64,000 nucleotides of DNA, taken from NCBI RefSeq assembly GCF_009914755.1, contig NC_060928.1, one strand, 5' to 3'. This stretch comes from the human T2T-CHM13v2.0 reference genome, Homo sapiens. Within the stretch, counting starts at the first letter, position 1. The number at the start of each line of letters is the position of its first letter. Positions 28,765 through 42,905 of the stretch are shown here, in pieces. The translations under genes were made by a program, and so were the position numbers. The notes beneath the pieces are model-generated. The model made no database searches, was not told where the DNA came from, and saw only the letters and a program-made list of their open reading frames with translations.

Positions 28765-29195
28765 TGGATTAATTTCCTAGGACTTCCATAAAAAGACACA
28801 ACATATTGGGCTACATAAGCAATAGAAACTTACTGGCTCACAGTTCTGGAAACTAAAAGATTCAGATTGAAGTGTCAGCAGAATTGGTTTCTTCTGAGAG
28901 CTGTGAGGGAGAATCTGGTCCATGCTTCTCCCCTATCTCCTCGTGGTTTGATGGCAATCTTTAATGTCTAATGTCTTTTACCTTTATCATCACACGGTGT
29001 TTTTCCTGAATGTACATGGCTGTGTTCAAATTTCCTCCTTTTTGTAAGGACAACAGTCTTATTGGATTAGAGTGACCACATCTTCAGTTGATTATCACTA
29101 TTAAAACTCTGTCTCCAAATAAGGTCACATTTGGAGGTACTAGGAGTTAAGAATTCAATATATAAATTCTGTGGGAACAAATTTTAACCAATAAT
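28765..29195 (-). mobile_element. MLT1C-like MaLR solo LTR
   Basis: ctcacagttctgga, ttggtttcttctgagagctgtgagggagaatct, ccaaataaggtcacatt, gaggtactaggagttaaga. Confidence 0.8.
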
Positions 29196-29399
29196 GTACT
29201 ATCATAGAAATTCTGTTTTAAGAATGTATTAGAAAAAGCATTGCATAAACATGACTGAACATAGGCATAAAGATAATCGTCGCTACACTGTTTTCTGTAG
29301 TGAACTATTAGAAAACATCTCCATCAATATTGTCATAAAAAACTATTTTAAGCCTATTTGCATCAAATACTACCACATAGCATTAAAAATTATCAAATT

Positions 29400-30988
29400 C
29401 GGGGCAGCCACCATCACTGAAGCTCCAGCCAGCTGTTTTCCCCAGCTGGTGCCAGGGAGACTGGGTGGTTTGGACTGGGGGAAATTCCCCACAGTACAGA
29501 ACAGTGGCTGTGGCAGATTATGGCCAGATTGCTTCTTTAGGTGGGTCCCAGATTCATCCCTCCTCACTGGGTGGGGCCTCCCTGTGGGAATTTCAGCAAC
29601 TCTAGCCAGGGGTTTACAGACAAGTCTGATCTGGCTGGGACAGAGTCCCTAGCGGGAGGGGTGGTTGCAATCTCCATGGCTCAGCAAACTTAGTCTCTCC
29701 TGCCACTGGCTCTGAAGAGTCCAGTCAGTCTGGACAGTAGGGATTCCCCCAGCACAGTGCACCTGCTCCACCAACGGGCAGCCAGACAGCTTCTTTAAGC
29801 AGGTCTCTGATCCCGTGCCTCCTGACTGGGTGAGGCCTTCCAACAGGGGTCACCAGACACCTTATATAAGAGTGTTCCCACTGGTATCAGGTTGGTGCCC
29901 CTCCAGGATAGAGCTCCTAGAGGAAGGAGAAGGCAGCCACCTTTGCTGTTCTGCAGCCTCTGCTAGTGATACCTCCAGGTGTGGGAGGAACCCAGGTAAA
30001 TAGGGTCTGGAGTGGACCCCCAGCAAACTGCAGAAGCCCTATGGAAGAGGGGCCTGACTGTTAAAAGATAAATAAAAAAGAACAACAACAACAACATCAT
30101 CAACAAAAACACCCCCATAAAAACCTCATCCAAAGGTCAGCAGCCTTAAAGATCAAAGGTAGATAAACCCATGAAGATGAGAAAGATTCAAAGCAAAAAT
30201 GCTGAAAACTCAAAAAGTCAGAGTGCCTCTTCTCCAAATGATTGCAACACCACTCCAGCAAGGGCACAGTACTAGGCTGAGGCTGAGATGGATGAAATGA
30301 CACAAGTAGGCTTCAGAAGGTGGGTAACAATGAACTGTACTGAGCTAAAGGAGTATGTTCTAACCCAATTCAAAGAAGCTAAGAACGATAATAAAACATT
30401 ACAGGAGCTGTTAACCAGAATAACCAGTTTAGAGAGAAATATAAATGACCTGATGGAGCTGAAAAACACAACACGAGAACCTCACAATGCAACCACAAGT
30501 ATCAATAGCCAAATAGACCAAGCAGAGGAATGAATTTCAGAGCTTGAGGACTATATTTCTGAAATAAGACAGGAAGATAAGATTAGATTTAAAAGAATGA
30601 AAAAGAATGAACAAAACCTCTGAGAACTATGGAATTATGTAACAAGATGGAACCCTATGGCTGATTGAGGTATCTGAAAGAGATGGGGAGAATGGAACCA
30701 AGTTAGAAATATACTTCAGAAAACCATCCAGGAGAATTTTCCCAACCTAACAAGATAGGCCAACATTCAAATTTGGGAGTTCCAGAGAACCCCAGTAAGA
30801 TACTCCATGAGAAGATCAACCACAAGACAATAATCATCAGATTCGCCAAGGTCTAAATGAAGGAAAAAATGTTGAGGGCAGCCAGAGAGAAAAGTCAGGT
30901 TAACCACAAAGAAAAGCCTATCAGACTAACAGTAAACCTCTCAGTGGAAATTCTGCAAGCCAGAAGAGAATTAGGGCCAATATACAAC

Positions 30989-31031
<43 letters not shown>

Positions 31032-32075
31032 ATTTCTGACACAGAATTTTATGTCCAGCCAAACTAAGCTTCATAAATGAAGAAGAAATAAAATCCTTTT
31101 AAGACAAGCCAATGCTGAGGGAATTTGTCACCACCAGGCCTGCCTTGCAAGAGCTACTGAATGAACCACTAAATATGGAAAGGAAACCATTACCAGACAC
31201 TACAAAAACACACTGAAGTATACAGACCAATGACACTATGAAGCAACTACATTAACAAGTCTGCAAAATAACCAGCTAGCGTCATGACAGAATCAAATTC
31301 ACAGACAACAATGCTAATCTTAAATGTAAATGGACAAAATGCCACAATTAAAAGACAACAATACTAATCTTAAATGTAAATGGGCTAAATGCCCCAATTA
31401 AAAGACACAGACTGGCAAATTTGATAAAGAGGCAAAACCCATTGTTGTGCTGTATTCAGGAGACCCATCTCACGCACAAAGACACACATAGGCTCAAAAT
31501 AAAGGGATGGAGGAAAATTTACGAACAAATCATATGCAGAAAAAAATAGGGTTGCAATCCTAGTTTCTGACAAAACAGACTTTAAAACAACAAAGATCAG
31601 AGATACAAAAAAGGGGGCATTACATAATGGTAAAGAGTTCAATTCCACAAGAAAAGCTAACTATCCTAAATACATATGCACCCAATATGGGAGCACCCAG
31701 ATTCATAAAAGAAGTTCTTAGAGACCTACAAGGAGAGTTAGACTCCCATACCACAATAGTGGGAGACTTTAACAAATCACTGTCATTATTAGATCATTGA
31801 GACAGAAAATTAACAAAGATATTCAGGACTTCAACTCAGCTCTGGATCAAGTGGACCTGATAGATATCTACAAAACTCTTCACCCAGAAACAACAGAATA
31901 TACATTTTTCTCAGTGCCAAATGGTACTTACTCTAAAATTGATGACACAATTGGAATTAAAAACACTCTTCAGCAAAGGTAAAATAACTAAAATCAAAAC
32001 AGTCTCTCAGACCACAGCACAAATTAGAACCCAGGATTAAGAAACACTCAAAACTAGAAAACTACATGAAAAATT
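29400..32075 (+). mobile_element. Older primate L1P fragment: partial 5' UTR, decayed ORF1 and ORF2 endonuclease region
   Basis: GC-richer 5' UTR; ORF1 from ~30171 (track ORF 30288-30533, coiled-coil LTRITSLERNINDLMELK); ORF2 ATG at 31284; endonuclease peptide ALDQVDLIDIYKTLHP; multiple stops; no 3' end. Confidence 0.93.
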
Positions 32076-32171
32076 TTTTTAAAAATCCATAGGAGGAAGA
32101 AAAAATGCATCAATAACTCTAAACTTAGAGTTATTACTGTTTCTCAATTTGTGAGTACTCTATTTTTAAGT

Positions 32172-32325
32172 TTCCTCCTTCTCCTCCTCCTCCTCCCTCC
32201 TCCTCCTCCCTCCTCCTCCTCCCTCCTCCTCCTCCCTCCTCCTCCTCCCTCCTCCTCCTCCCTCCTCCTCCTCCCTCCTCCTCCTCTTCTTCTTCTCCTT
32301 CTCCTTCTTCTTCTTCTTCATCTTC
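32172..32325. repeat. (TCC)n/(TTC)n polypyrimidine repeat with a 13-bp higher-order unit
   Basis: tcctcctcctccc repeated about 7-8 times, then (ctt)n. Confidence 0.95.
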
Positions 32326-32449
32326 TCGTTCCTTTTTGTTTGCGTAGGAATGAAAATATAACTTTTTTTTCCCTTCTTTCCACTAGTCACCTCCTCACAT
32401 TGCTAGCATAGCTAGTTACATGCATGTTTGCTTAGAAGTTCCAAAGACT

Positions 32450-33123
<674 letters not shown>

Positions 33124-33257
33124 TCAGTCCCTGTGGAACTCTTCCCCACCAGAAGATTATTTCAAGGCTACAGTTAAGTTTCCAACCTGGTCATCTTGAG
33201 ATAGCATCAGCCCATTCACCAGATAATGGCAGTAACTCAAGATAAAACAACAGAACA

Positions 33258-33702
<445 letters not shown>

Positions 33703-34256
33703 CTAGCTTTGGAAAATGTAAAGTCACTTTCTTTTACCACACCACGTCCTTGTTATTCAGTTTTGCATGTGGTGAGCAGTTGAACCTGTATTTGGTTACA
33801 AACTGACATAGAACCCAGGGATAAGCCGTAGCAACTAAGTTGGTTTCTAATACCATCATTTCTATCTTAAAGCTGCCAAAATATTTGTGAAATCACTAGG
33901 TAGGCACATTCACATTTTTTTTTTTTTTTTTTTGCTGAAATGTACATACAGACACATTTAATTTGCATACTACTTTAAAGTGGTTTAACATCCACTATCT
34001 AAGGTAAAATACAACTTTAACAAATCATTTAAAAGTTCAACATTCACAATTATTAAATTGAACAGAATTTTAGAAAACTCCCTTTACAGCAGTATTTTGA
34101 TGAAGATGTGGCAGTTTTGATTTTCTGGAGAATTAAGATTGTTTTGTGGTAGCTAGGAAGAAGTTTGGTGTAGTGGTTAAGTTTATGAGTGCTAGAACTC
34201 CGATCTAACTTGGTGGTCAACCCATAAATTTTCTCCTCTATAAAATAAGGCTAATG

Positions 34257-34313
34257 ATATATCAGGCTATATCAGGCTATATATATATGGCTATATATAT
34301 ACATATATATGTA

Positions 34314-34374
<61 letters not shown>
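34257..34374. repeat. (TA)n microsatellite with upstream atatcaggct duplication
   Basis: Read directly; pure (TA) run of ~48 bp at 34326-34374. Confidence 0.95.
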
Positions 34375-34376
<2 letters not shown>

Positions 34377-34469
34377 TGATACTCTAGATAGCCATGTAGA
34401 AATCCTGTGTGTTAAGGACCTGGCACTGGCAGCTATTTTTTTTTTTATGATGAGTTTTTTGAAGTTGTT

Positions 34470-34863
34470 GTAGTTGGAATACTTGTCCTTTCTGAAATTC
34501 CTGTTGAAACTGAATCCCCTATGCAACATTATTAAGAAGAGGGGCTGTTAGGAGGCGATTAGGGCAATGAGGGCTGTGCTCTCATGAATGAGATTAGCAA
34601 CCTTATGGAAAAGCTGTAGGGAACTAGCTAGGCCCTTTTTGCCTTTCTGCCTTCTGCCACGTGAGGACACAGCTTTCATCCCTCGGCTATTGAGGATGCA
34701 GCAACAAGGCGCCATATTGGGAGCAGCACTCACCAAACACCAAACCTGCCAGCACCTTGATCTTGGACTTCTTAGGCTCCAGAATTGTGGAAAAAAATAA
34801 GTTTCTGTTGTTTATAAATTAATCAGTCTCAAGTGTTTTGTTATAGCAACACAAACAACAAGA
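34470..34863 (+). mobile_element. MSTD-like MaLR solo LTR
   Basis: gagggctgtgctctcatgaatgagatt, caaggcgccatattgg, gcaccttgatcttggactt, ttgttatagcaacacaaa. Confidence 0.85.
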
Positions 34864-34944
34864 AATAAGTGTTTGTTTATTTTTTCTGATAAACTAGTGC
34901 ATGCTTTTCCTGACTGTATCATGTAATTGACTAACAAATACCTT

Positions 34945-35390
34945 ATGGACAATGAAATAAAAAACAAACCTAAATTTAAGTAAGAAGAGATTGTATTCAA
35001 ATAGACTACTGCAATAAATGGAGGGAGACCATTGTGAAAGGGAGAATATTCTCAGGATAAAATCTATGCCTATCTCAAAGTTTAGACAGAATGGGGTCTT
35101 CTTATATAGGGAGGAGGACATTTGGCTAGAAAGCAACAGGTGTAGGTAAATTTGATGATCAAGTGGCATGATCTAACTGTCGAGCCAGTAATGATTTTCC
35201 CTGAAAGTGGTCAGTTCTCAGGAGAGGCCATTAAAGAGGAACTGTTCTGAATTCCAATGCTTGCTTAAGTTTAAAATGAATCGAGGTCTGTAGACCTGTG
35301 GAAAGGGAAGAAGACAGACTAAAATCAGTTTCTGTCAAGTTGGGAGATATTTTGTTCAGATCAGGTGGGTGAGACAAAGCATAGGAGTGA
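34945..35390 (-). mobile_element. Probable old ERV1-type LTR (MER31/MER90-like)
   Basis: Antisense LTR-like order of motifs: gactactgcaata...cttatatagggagg; boundaries vague. Confidence 0.4.
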
Positions 35391-38144
35391 AATAATCATC
35401 ATAATCTATGGCAGCAGCTGAAAAATTCAAATATGAGTGTAACTGATTACAATCAGTAAAACACTTTCTCTAAAAAATAATTTCATGTGTACCTCTCATG
35501 AAAGCAAATTAAACATTATTAACCTAGATTTGCTGATTGGCAAATAGGACTGGTTTTATATTTTATTAAAGGTGTTAAAATAAAAATAAAAGGAAAGTAA
35601 TATTTTTCTCAAATATGTCAGTCACACAATTATTGGCTCAACATCTATTGTAATAATGTTAGTGGAGACTTGATAAAGGTATGCTGTGATTATTTTATTT
35701 TACTGCATGTCACTTTGGACCTACACTTACCATTGGCATATTTTATGTTGTAAGATACATGATATTATCTTTTTGGCATTGTTGGTTTTATGGAAGGCTG
35801 AAAGGAAAAAGAGCTAGTTTTAGAAAATGTAAATCTTTGTTTAAACATGGACGTATTTAGTTAAGAAAGTAGTAAATATTGTAATAGTTATACAAGCATA
35901 GCTAAGGTAAATGGAACTACATGAATTTATGTTTGAGGATGTTCCCTTCTCTTCTCTTTCCAAGCATGAACTCAAAATATTTAACTCAGTGACTGTATTT
36001 TCTTTTCTGTTCGAGTTTACTCTCACAATTAAAAACAATTATACTAATGGTAAAATCATTTATGTATTACCTATAAAAGTTATTAAATTTTATAGAATTT
36101 GGAAACAAGTTCAATGCAAATGAAATTCTCCAATATGAATAAAATAGGATATAATCATTAATTCTGTTTTTATGAAACATCTGTGAAATTGGTTATAGAA
36201 ACCTAAAAAGTGTATACAAAGAAGAATGAAAATATTTACACACACACACACACATATATAAAATTTGACAGTTCCTTTTAGAAAAAAATTCAGAATCTTT
36301 TATATATTTTGATAAATTTAAACTCTATCTCTAATCATATCTATTTTCTGTCTTGACCTCAACTTTTGAAATGTTAGCACCATTTCATCATTTTTATTAT
36401 TATTCATGTCTTCTCTACCTTCATTACTAGTTAAGAATAGACATATGTCATTATATAATTTTTAACTAGGAAAAATCCTGACCCTTCATATTTGGCTGCT
36501 GTGAAGAATTATTATATCACATTTGAATCTGAAACTTGGAATTGCTAATGTTTTATGCTGAAGGAAGTATGAAATATAGCTCTGCTTTTCGCTAAATGAT
36601 GCTCCTTCTATTACCAACCTGAATTTTTCATTTGACAATTGGTTGGCATGTTTGAAATTAAAGAGGAAATGGTAGCAATGGTACAACAAAAGCAAATTAA
36701 CACTAAAAAAAAAAAGACTCCAAACATTTAATTGTCTAGATTCAGGTCACTTGTACAACTTCCTAATCCCCTGATATAATTTTTCTTTGGTGCAAAAGCT
36801 TTGTAGCTCTGGGTTCTTTTGAATAAGCAAAACAGAAACTGAAGTGGCCTTACAGGGTTTTCCTTCTGTGGGAAGTGCAAGTAAGTATGATGAGCAATGG
36901 TGCCTTTGAGGTCTCTTGCTAACACTGCAAATAATCTGGCTGAATTAAAAGAGTCTTCAATTAGTGGTTGAGTGCTCAATGTGGCACTCAACTTCAGAGT
37001 CCCAGATAATTTCCTAGCATCTCTCTACTTCTAAAGAGCCAAAGCAAGCTTCAGGGACTGATAAAATGCCTTATAGATTTGGTTCCAACAGAACTATATA
37101 TGAGATGACTAGCTTAACAGAGCAAGTAAAAAGTAGGTCATGCTCACTTTTTCATGATAATTAAATTCAAAAAATACATGTTAAATACTTTCTATATGTA
37201 GTACACTAATATGTGGTTGGTATCCTAAAATAATTTAGTTTATTCAAGTGCAAAAATATAAATATTCCAATAGAGACTCAATTCACATTAAATGTTGCAA
37301 TATAAATACAAACAAGATATGAAAGAAGGACAGGACTGGGGTGTACCCTAGCCTGAGGAATCCGGGACAATTTATGGATGAGATGGTACCTGAAGAGAAG
37401 CATAAAACAACACAGATAAATAGCCTTTCAACTACTAGAATTAACTTCTTTTATCATTTTTTAAATTATTTCTATGACTGCTATACTACAGCAAACTCTT
37501 CACATTTGTAAATTTATACTGCATAAACCCACTATTGCAGAATCACCGTAAAGTTCTGTACCATGAAATATGTAATTTTCCTTAAAATAAAGGAAACCAT
37601 CCAGAAGGAGAAAAAATTTTTCTCTTACTCCAATCATTAAATATAAATTCTGAATATCTAGGTAAATGTTACAAATTGGGTGCCCCTTTGAACTAATTCC
37701 TTTTGAGGAATGCACAGAGATATCACATAAAGTCAAGGTTAGCTCTGTCCATGAAACAGTTACAGGGATAAATGCCTGGGTTTCTGCCATTCGTTTAGAA
37801 GATGCATCGGGATTTGGCTTTAGGCCCAGAGCTGGTATAATGCAATAGGGCCAATAGAAAGAGTAGTAGGGGAGAGCCGATGTCCCAGATGATCCTAGAC
37901 AACTGCCCAGCATCTGCACCACAAGCTCTTTATCATATTCTCTACTAATTTTCTATTCAATGGCTATTAGTAGGGTATTTTCTAAACTTGTATATGTGGA
38001 AAGTGATATGATGCTTTGGTCTATGTGAATGTGAAGATCTTAACAGGTGTCCAGTTATGTCACACATGAATATCTATGAACTTTAACACTTATATTTAGT
38101 TTTTTAAAATTGGCTTCTAAGATGAAGATGGTGTAAACAGACAC

Positions 38145-39158
38145 CTTTATTAGGTTTTTCAATTGCTGCCACAATAAATTACCTCAAATTAGTGGCTTAA
38201 AACAATACTTTTTTTTTTTTTCTCACAACTCTGTGGGCCAGAAGTAGAACGTTTGTGTAAATAGGCTAAAATATAGTTGTCTGCAAGGCTGTGCTTCTTT
38301 GGGAGGTCTCCAGGAAAGAATACAATTTCTGTTCATTTCCCTGTAACAGTTAAAGTCCCCATTTTTTTTTCCTAGCTTCTAGATTGAGAGCTGTTTCCAG
38401 CTTCTAAAGACTGCCACATTCCTTGGCTTCTGCCTTCCTTCCTCCATTCTTAAAACAAATGATGAAGTATCAGGCTGTTCTTACTAAATTTCTTTGACCC
38501 TCTTCAGCCAGAAAAGATTCTCTACTTTTAAGAAGATGGTGATCCAATATAGCTAGACTGGGCTCACCCGGGTAAGCCAGGCTAATCTCCCCATCTCAAG
38601 TCTCTTAACCTTATACTCAAACCTTATAGTTTGGATCTGTTTTGTTTCCACCAAACCTTATGTTGACGTTTGATGCCAGTGTGGCAGTGTTGGAATGGGG
38701 GCCTGGTGGGAGGTGTTGGGCCCGTGATTGTGGATCCCTTATAAGTAGATTAATGCTCTCTCATGAGGATGAGTGAGTTCTTACTCTAGCTAGTTTCCAC
38801 TGAGCAGGTTGTTAAAAACAGCCTGGCTTCCTTAGTTTTTATCTCTCTTGCTCTGTCTCTCACCGTGTGACTTCTTAGCACATCCCTTCTCCCTTTCCAC
38901 TTTCCACTATGAGTTGAAGCAGCCTGAGGCCCTCAGAAGATGCAGCTGCCCGCTTTTGAACTTTCCAGCCACCAGAACCATGAGCAAAAATAAACCTTTT
39001 TTTTTTCCTATGAATTACTCAGCCTCAGATATTGTTATAGACACACTAAATAAACTAAGATACCTTACTCACATCTGCAAATTCCTTTTTCATATATTCT
39101 CGGGTTCTCAGGAGCAGAACATGCACATCTTTGAGGAGCCATTATTCTGCCCACCATA
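38145..39158 (-). mobile_element. MLT1D/E-like solo LTR interrupted by an MST LTR
   Basis: aaattacc...gtggcttaaaacaa start; aatctccccatctcaag...cacatctgcaaa resumes after the insert; ends attattctgcccaccata. Confidence 0.8.
38614..39062 (+). mobile_element. MSTB-like MaLR solo LTR nested in MLT1
   Basis: atagtttggatc, ggggcctggtgggaggtgttggg, gaagcagcctgaggccctca, aaactaagata; TSD cctta (38609-38613, 39063-39067). Confidence 0.85.
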
Positions 39159-39209
39159 CACTAATTTCTACATAATTTCCAGAGTAATCACCTTAAAATT
39201 ATCAGTTAC

Positions 39210-39635
39210 TGTATTAGAGCACCTTAAAATTATTAGTTTTTCAGAGTAACAGAAGAAATTAAGTTTGGGAAGAGGGTGGTATTTATTTTAAAGACTTGCT
39301 CATGTGATTCTGAGGACTAGAAAGTCCAAAATATGCAGGGTAGGCCAGCAGGCTGGAAACCCAGAGAAGAGAGGATGTTACATTCCTGAGTCCAAAGGCT
39401 GTAATAGAGGTGGAGTTCCTCTTCCTCAAGCTACCTCAGTCTTTTCCCGTAAGGTCTTCAACAGATTGAATGTGACCCACACACATTATGGAGAATAATC
39501 TGCTTTACCCAATGTCTATTGATTTAAATGTTAACCACATCCAAAAAATACCTTTTCAGGTACATTTACACTGGTGTTTGAGCAAACCTGGTTATCATGG
39601 CCTAGACAAGTTGACACATAACATTAACCATCACA
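39210..39635 (-). mobile_element. MLT2-family (ERVL) solo LTR
   Basis: tgtattag ... aagttgacacataacattaaccatcaca termini; perfect TSD gttac (39205-39209, 39636-39640). Confidence 0.88.
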
Positions 39636-39699
39636 GTTACTATACATTAAAATTTTCTAAGTACAATATTCTGCATTTTGCCTTATTTCATATAAGTAC

Positions 39700-39790
39700 C
39701 ATTTAAATTTTCATTTTGCAGAGGAGAAAAATGAGCCCCAGAGAGGTTAAATGATTTTCCTGGGGTCATGCAAAGACAGAAACTACTTGG
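39700..39790 (-). mobile_element. MIR core fragment
   Basis: cattttgcagaggagaaaaatgagccccagagaggttaaatgattttcctggggtca. Confidence 0.7.
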
Positions 39791-40112
39791 GCTTTTCTTA
39801 TAGCAAAGCTTAAAAATGGTACCCATTCTCTAATAGGGAAAAAAGGCCTCTTTTATTTTTTGTATACCATATAAGACTGTGTGATCTAGTATATAATTAC
39901 TTCTTCAGCCTTTCCTCTTACCCTATATTCTCCTTACAAGTTATATACAAATCCAGAACATAATCTTAGAAATTGTGATCCTACAACATGTCAGGTTTTG
40001 TCACCCTCCACTTGCAACAACTAATAAGTGCTCTTTGGTATCTGAATAGTGAATAATCTAGTTTCAGAATATCATTCTAAGGGTTGACTTCCAAAACTAC
40101 TTTCATTTAAAG

Positions 40113-40590
40113 CTGCCTCAGTTTATGTTTATCTGAAGGTGGAATTTGAGAAGATTGTCTGCAAGTAGTTTATTTGTCAGACGATCCTATGAAGAGATAT
40201 GAGGAAGAGGAAAAATGAGTGTAGAGAAAAAAAAATATACAGTATAGTGTTTATTGAGCTGCCTAGTGCTGTTAGTGACTGGGGCTCAATCTTACCTAAG
40301 ACCTTTTGCAGAGCCATGCGGAATATATCAGACTGACCCATTGAAGGTAAAGAGGCATTTAACCTCTGTTTCTTGTCTACCGTCTGAGGGTTTCTCCAGG
40401 ACCATTCCTTCCCTTGCATTACTAAGGCTGACCTTGGAAGAGAGCTGTGAGACAGAAAAGCTGAAACGTATGGCAGAAAATGATAAATATCCAACACAGG
40501 CAACTTTAAAAGGAATTGTTCACCATTGCTGAATTGAAATTAAATGGATGGATAGGGGAGATCTGTCATATGTGGAGTGAGTGCTGCACA
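40113..40590 (-). mobile_element. Probable ancient ERVL LTR (LTR16/LTR33-like)
   Basis: Antisense motif tgcaagtagtttatttg...gatcc. Confidence 0.4.
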
Positions 40591-40744
40591 GTGTCTGCAG
40601 GTATGGACTTCAGCAGAGTTAAAGAGCTAGATCTGGACGTGGATAGAGATTAAAAATTATATACATAAAAATCATTTAAAGGAGGTCCTCTATTCCTTGA
40701 CGAATACAATCTACACATGATATGAATTTGTTTCCACTGATTTT

Positions 40745-41395
40745 CCCTATTACTTTCCTAGGGATACTGTAACAAATTACCAAAAACTTGGCGGTTTAAG
40801 ACAAAAGAAATGTATTCTTTTAAAGTTCTGGAGATTATAAGTCCAAAACCAGTTTTGCTGAATGGAAATTAAGCTCTCTGCAGAGCTGTGTCTTTCTGGA
40901 GACTCTAGGGGAGAAGCCATTTCTTCTTTCATCTTCTGATGGCTGCTGGCATTTTTCGGCTTGTGGCTGTATTGCTCCCATCTCTGCCTCTTTCTCTTCT
41001 ACATGTCCATCAATTTTCCCTCTACTTCCCTCTTTTAATGATACGTATATAGAATTTAGGGCCATTTGGCAATTTACTTTTTTTTTTTACATTGACAAAT
41101 AAAATCGTATATATTTATGGTGAACAGCATGATGTTTTGATATATGTACACATTGTGAAATGGCTAAATCAGGCAAATTAACATTGTCAAACATACATTT
41201 TTGTGGTTAGAACACTTAAAATCTACTCTAGCAATTTTCAAGTATAAGCAGGTCGTCATTAACTATAGTGACTATGATTTACAATAGATCTCTTGTGTGT
41301 ATTCTCCTGTCTAACTGAATTTTTGCATTACTTTTGTTAAAATCAAGTGGAGGGTCATTTGGATAATCCAAGATAATCTGCTCATTCAAGTCCCG
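40745..41395 (-). mobile_element. MLT1C/D-like LTR interrupted by an L1MA 3' end
   Basis: tgtaacaaattaccaaaaacttggcggtttaa, gagactctaggggagaa, ggataatccaagataatct. Confidence 0.8.
41070..41350 (-). mobile_element. 5'-truncated L1MA 3' end
   Basis: polyT then ttgacaaataaaatcgtatatatttatggtg...aacacttaaaatctactct; TSD agggccatttgg / agggtcatttgg. Confidence 0.88.
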
Positions 41396-41715
41396 TTTCC
41401 TATCAGTAACAGTGCTCATAAATATTCCTACTCTTTAGTTACTACAACAGACTTATTGTTTCAGTCCTATTTATTTTTAAACTTAAATTTATTTTCCTAT
41501 CTTCCACTCAGTGCACATTAGAGCTCTGCCTCTCTGTTCATTTTAGCTTCCTTCTCTGAGATTGAGAGAATATAGAGGAGAGTGGCAAAACATAGACCCC
41601 TTACCTGTCTAAGTAGTTCAATTTAGATAAGATATTAGGTGGCATCTTATATACTGCTGCATAATAAATCCTGGAATTGTACCTTTGATCATGATCCCTT
41701 CAATCGATTGCTACT

Positions 41716-42365
41716 GACAATATCTTCAGCAAATATGTACTAAAAAATCAAAACTTGATAAAAAGGAGGCTTTGTTTTTGCATCACTTTTGCAGGTAATC
41801 TAAAAACCCTTGAAATGCCCTGCCTTATAGAACTGTCTTTGTTTGCCTAGAGGCCTTGATAGTGTAACAATGTGATTTAGAGTAGAAGTTGGCCACACTA
41901 GATGTTCTAACAATGTGATTTAGGGTAGGATCATGTGGTATCTGCTCAAACTCCTGAGAGGCTAGAGACTGAGATCAGCCATGTAGGCATTCAACCATGT
42001 TTATGAGATGGACCCCAATTAAAATCTGCACACCAAGGCTCAGGTGAGCTTCCTTGGTTGGCAATACCTTCTTATAGACACTAAGGCTTGATGGGAAGGT
42101 AATGACATCTTCAAGTCCATAGAGAGAGAACAACTGGGAAGTTATATGATTGGAACTTTCCTGGACTCTGCTGTCTGCAGTTCCTCCCTTGGCTGCTTTA
42201 AATTTGTGTCTTGTAATATAATAAACAATAATAAGTATTACAGCTCTTACTGAGTTCTGTGAATTGTTCTAGCAAATGAATGAAAATCAGAATGGTCTTG
42301 GAGTTCCTTAACTTGTAGTTGGAATCAAAGCAAGGGCAGTCTTGTAGACTGGGCTCCCTCTAACT
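41716..42365 (+). mobile_element. MER21C-like solo LTR
   Basis: Repeated aacaatgtgatttag; caccaaggctcaggtgagcttccttggttggcaata; ctgagttctgtgaattgttctagcaaat. Confidence 0.8.
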
Positions 42366-42599
42366 CTGCTGCTCTTCATTGATAAACTTTACATTTCTTA
42401 ATCCAATATTTTACCATCTTCTTTTACATCCAGCACCAATCTCATTTTCAAGCTTTCCCAGACATACATCCTTAATTCTACACAAAATATTTCAAGGTGA
42501 TTCCAACTTTTTCCTGCTCTAGTATATAATTGCAGTAATTTCCCATGTTGTTAACACCTCTTTTTATCTGTAGCTTGGGTACCTCTTTCCCATTCTACT

Positions 42600-42905
42600 T
42601 TAGGGTACACTATCTGATTTTATTTTGCAAGTGGGCAACAGACATTATGATATAAGTAAAGACTTGAAAAGTGCTTACACATTGAGACTCTTTATCTTGA
42701 GGCTTTTAAAACTCCTGTGCTCTCTTGTTAATAAGTCTGAGCTAACCTGCTGGATGGTAAGAGACATGTGGTGACTGAGTGACCCCCACTTCCCCAGCTG
42801 ACAGCCTGCCATCCATGAGACCCATGACTGAGGCCACATTAGATTCTCTAGTAGTAAGCTGACCTACTGGCTAAACACAGATGCAGAAACAAGCTCAACT
42901 GACAT
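42600..42905 (+). mobile_element. MLT1F/G/H-like LTR fragment
   Basis: agacttgaaaagtgcttacacattg, ccccagctgacagcc, tgactgaggccac. Confidence 0.55.

Noticed and set aside
37500-37922. 140-aa ORF in unique sequence
   Set aside because: Non-ATG start, no recognisable domain and no supporting splice structure.
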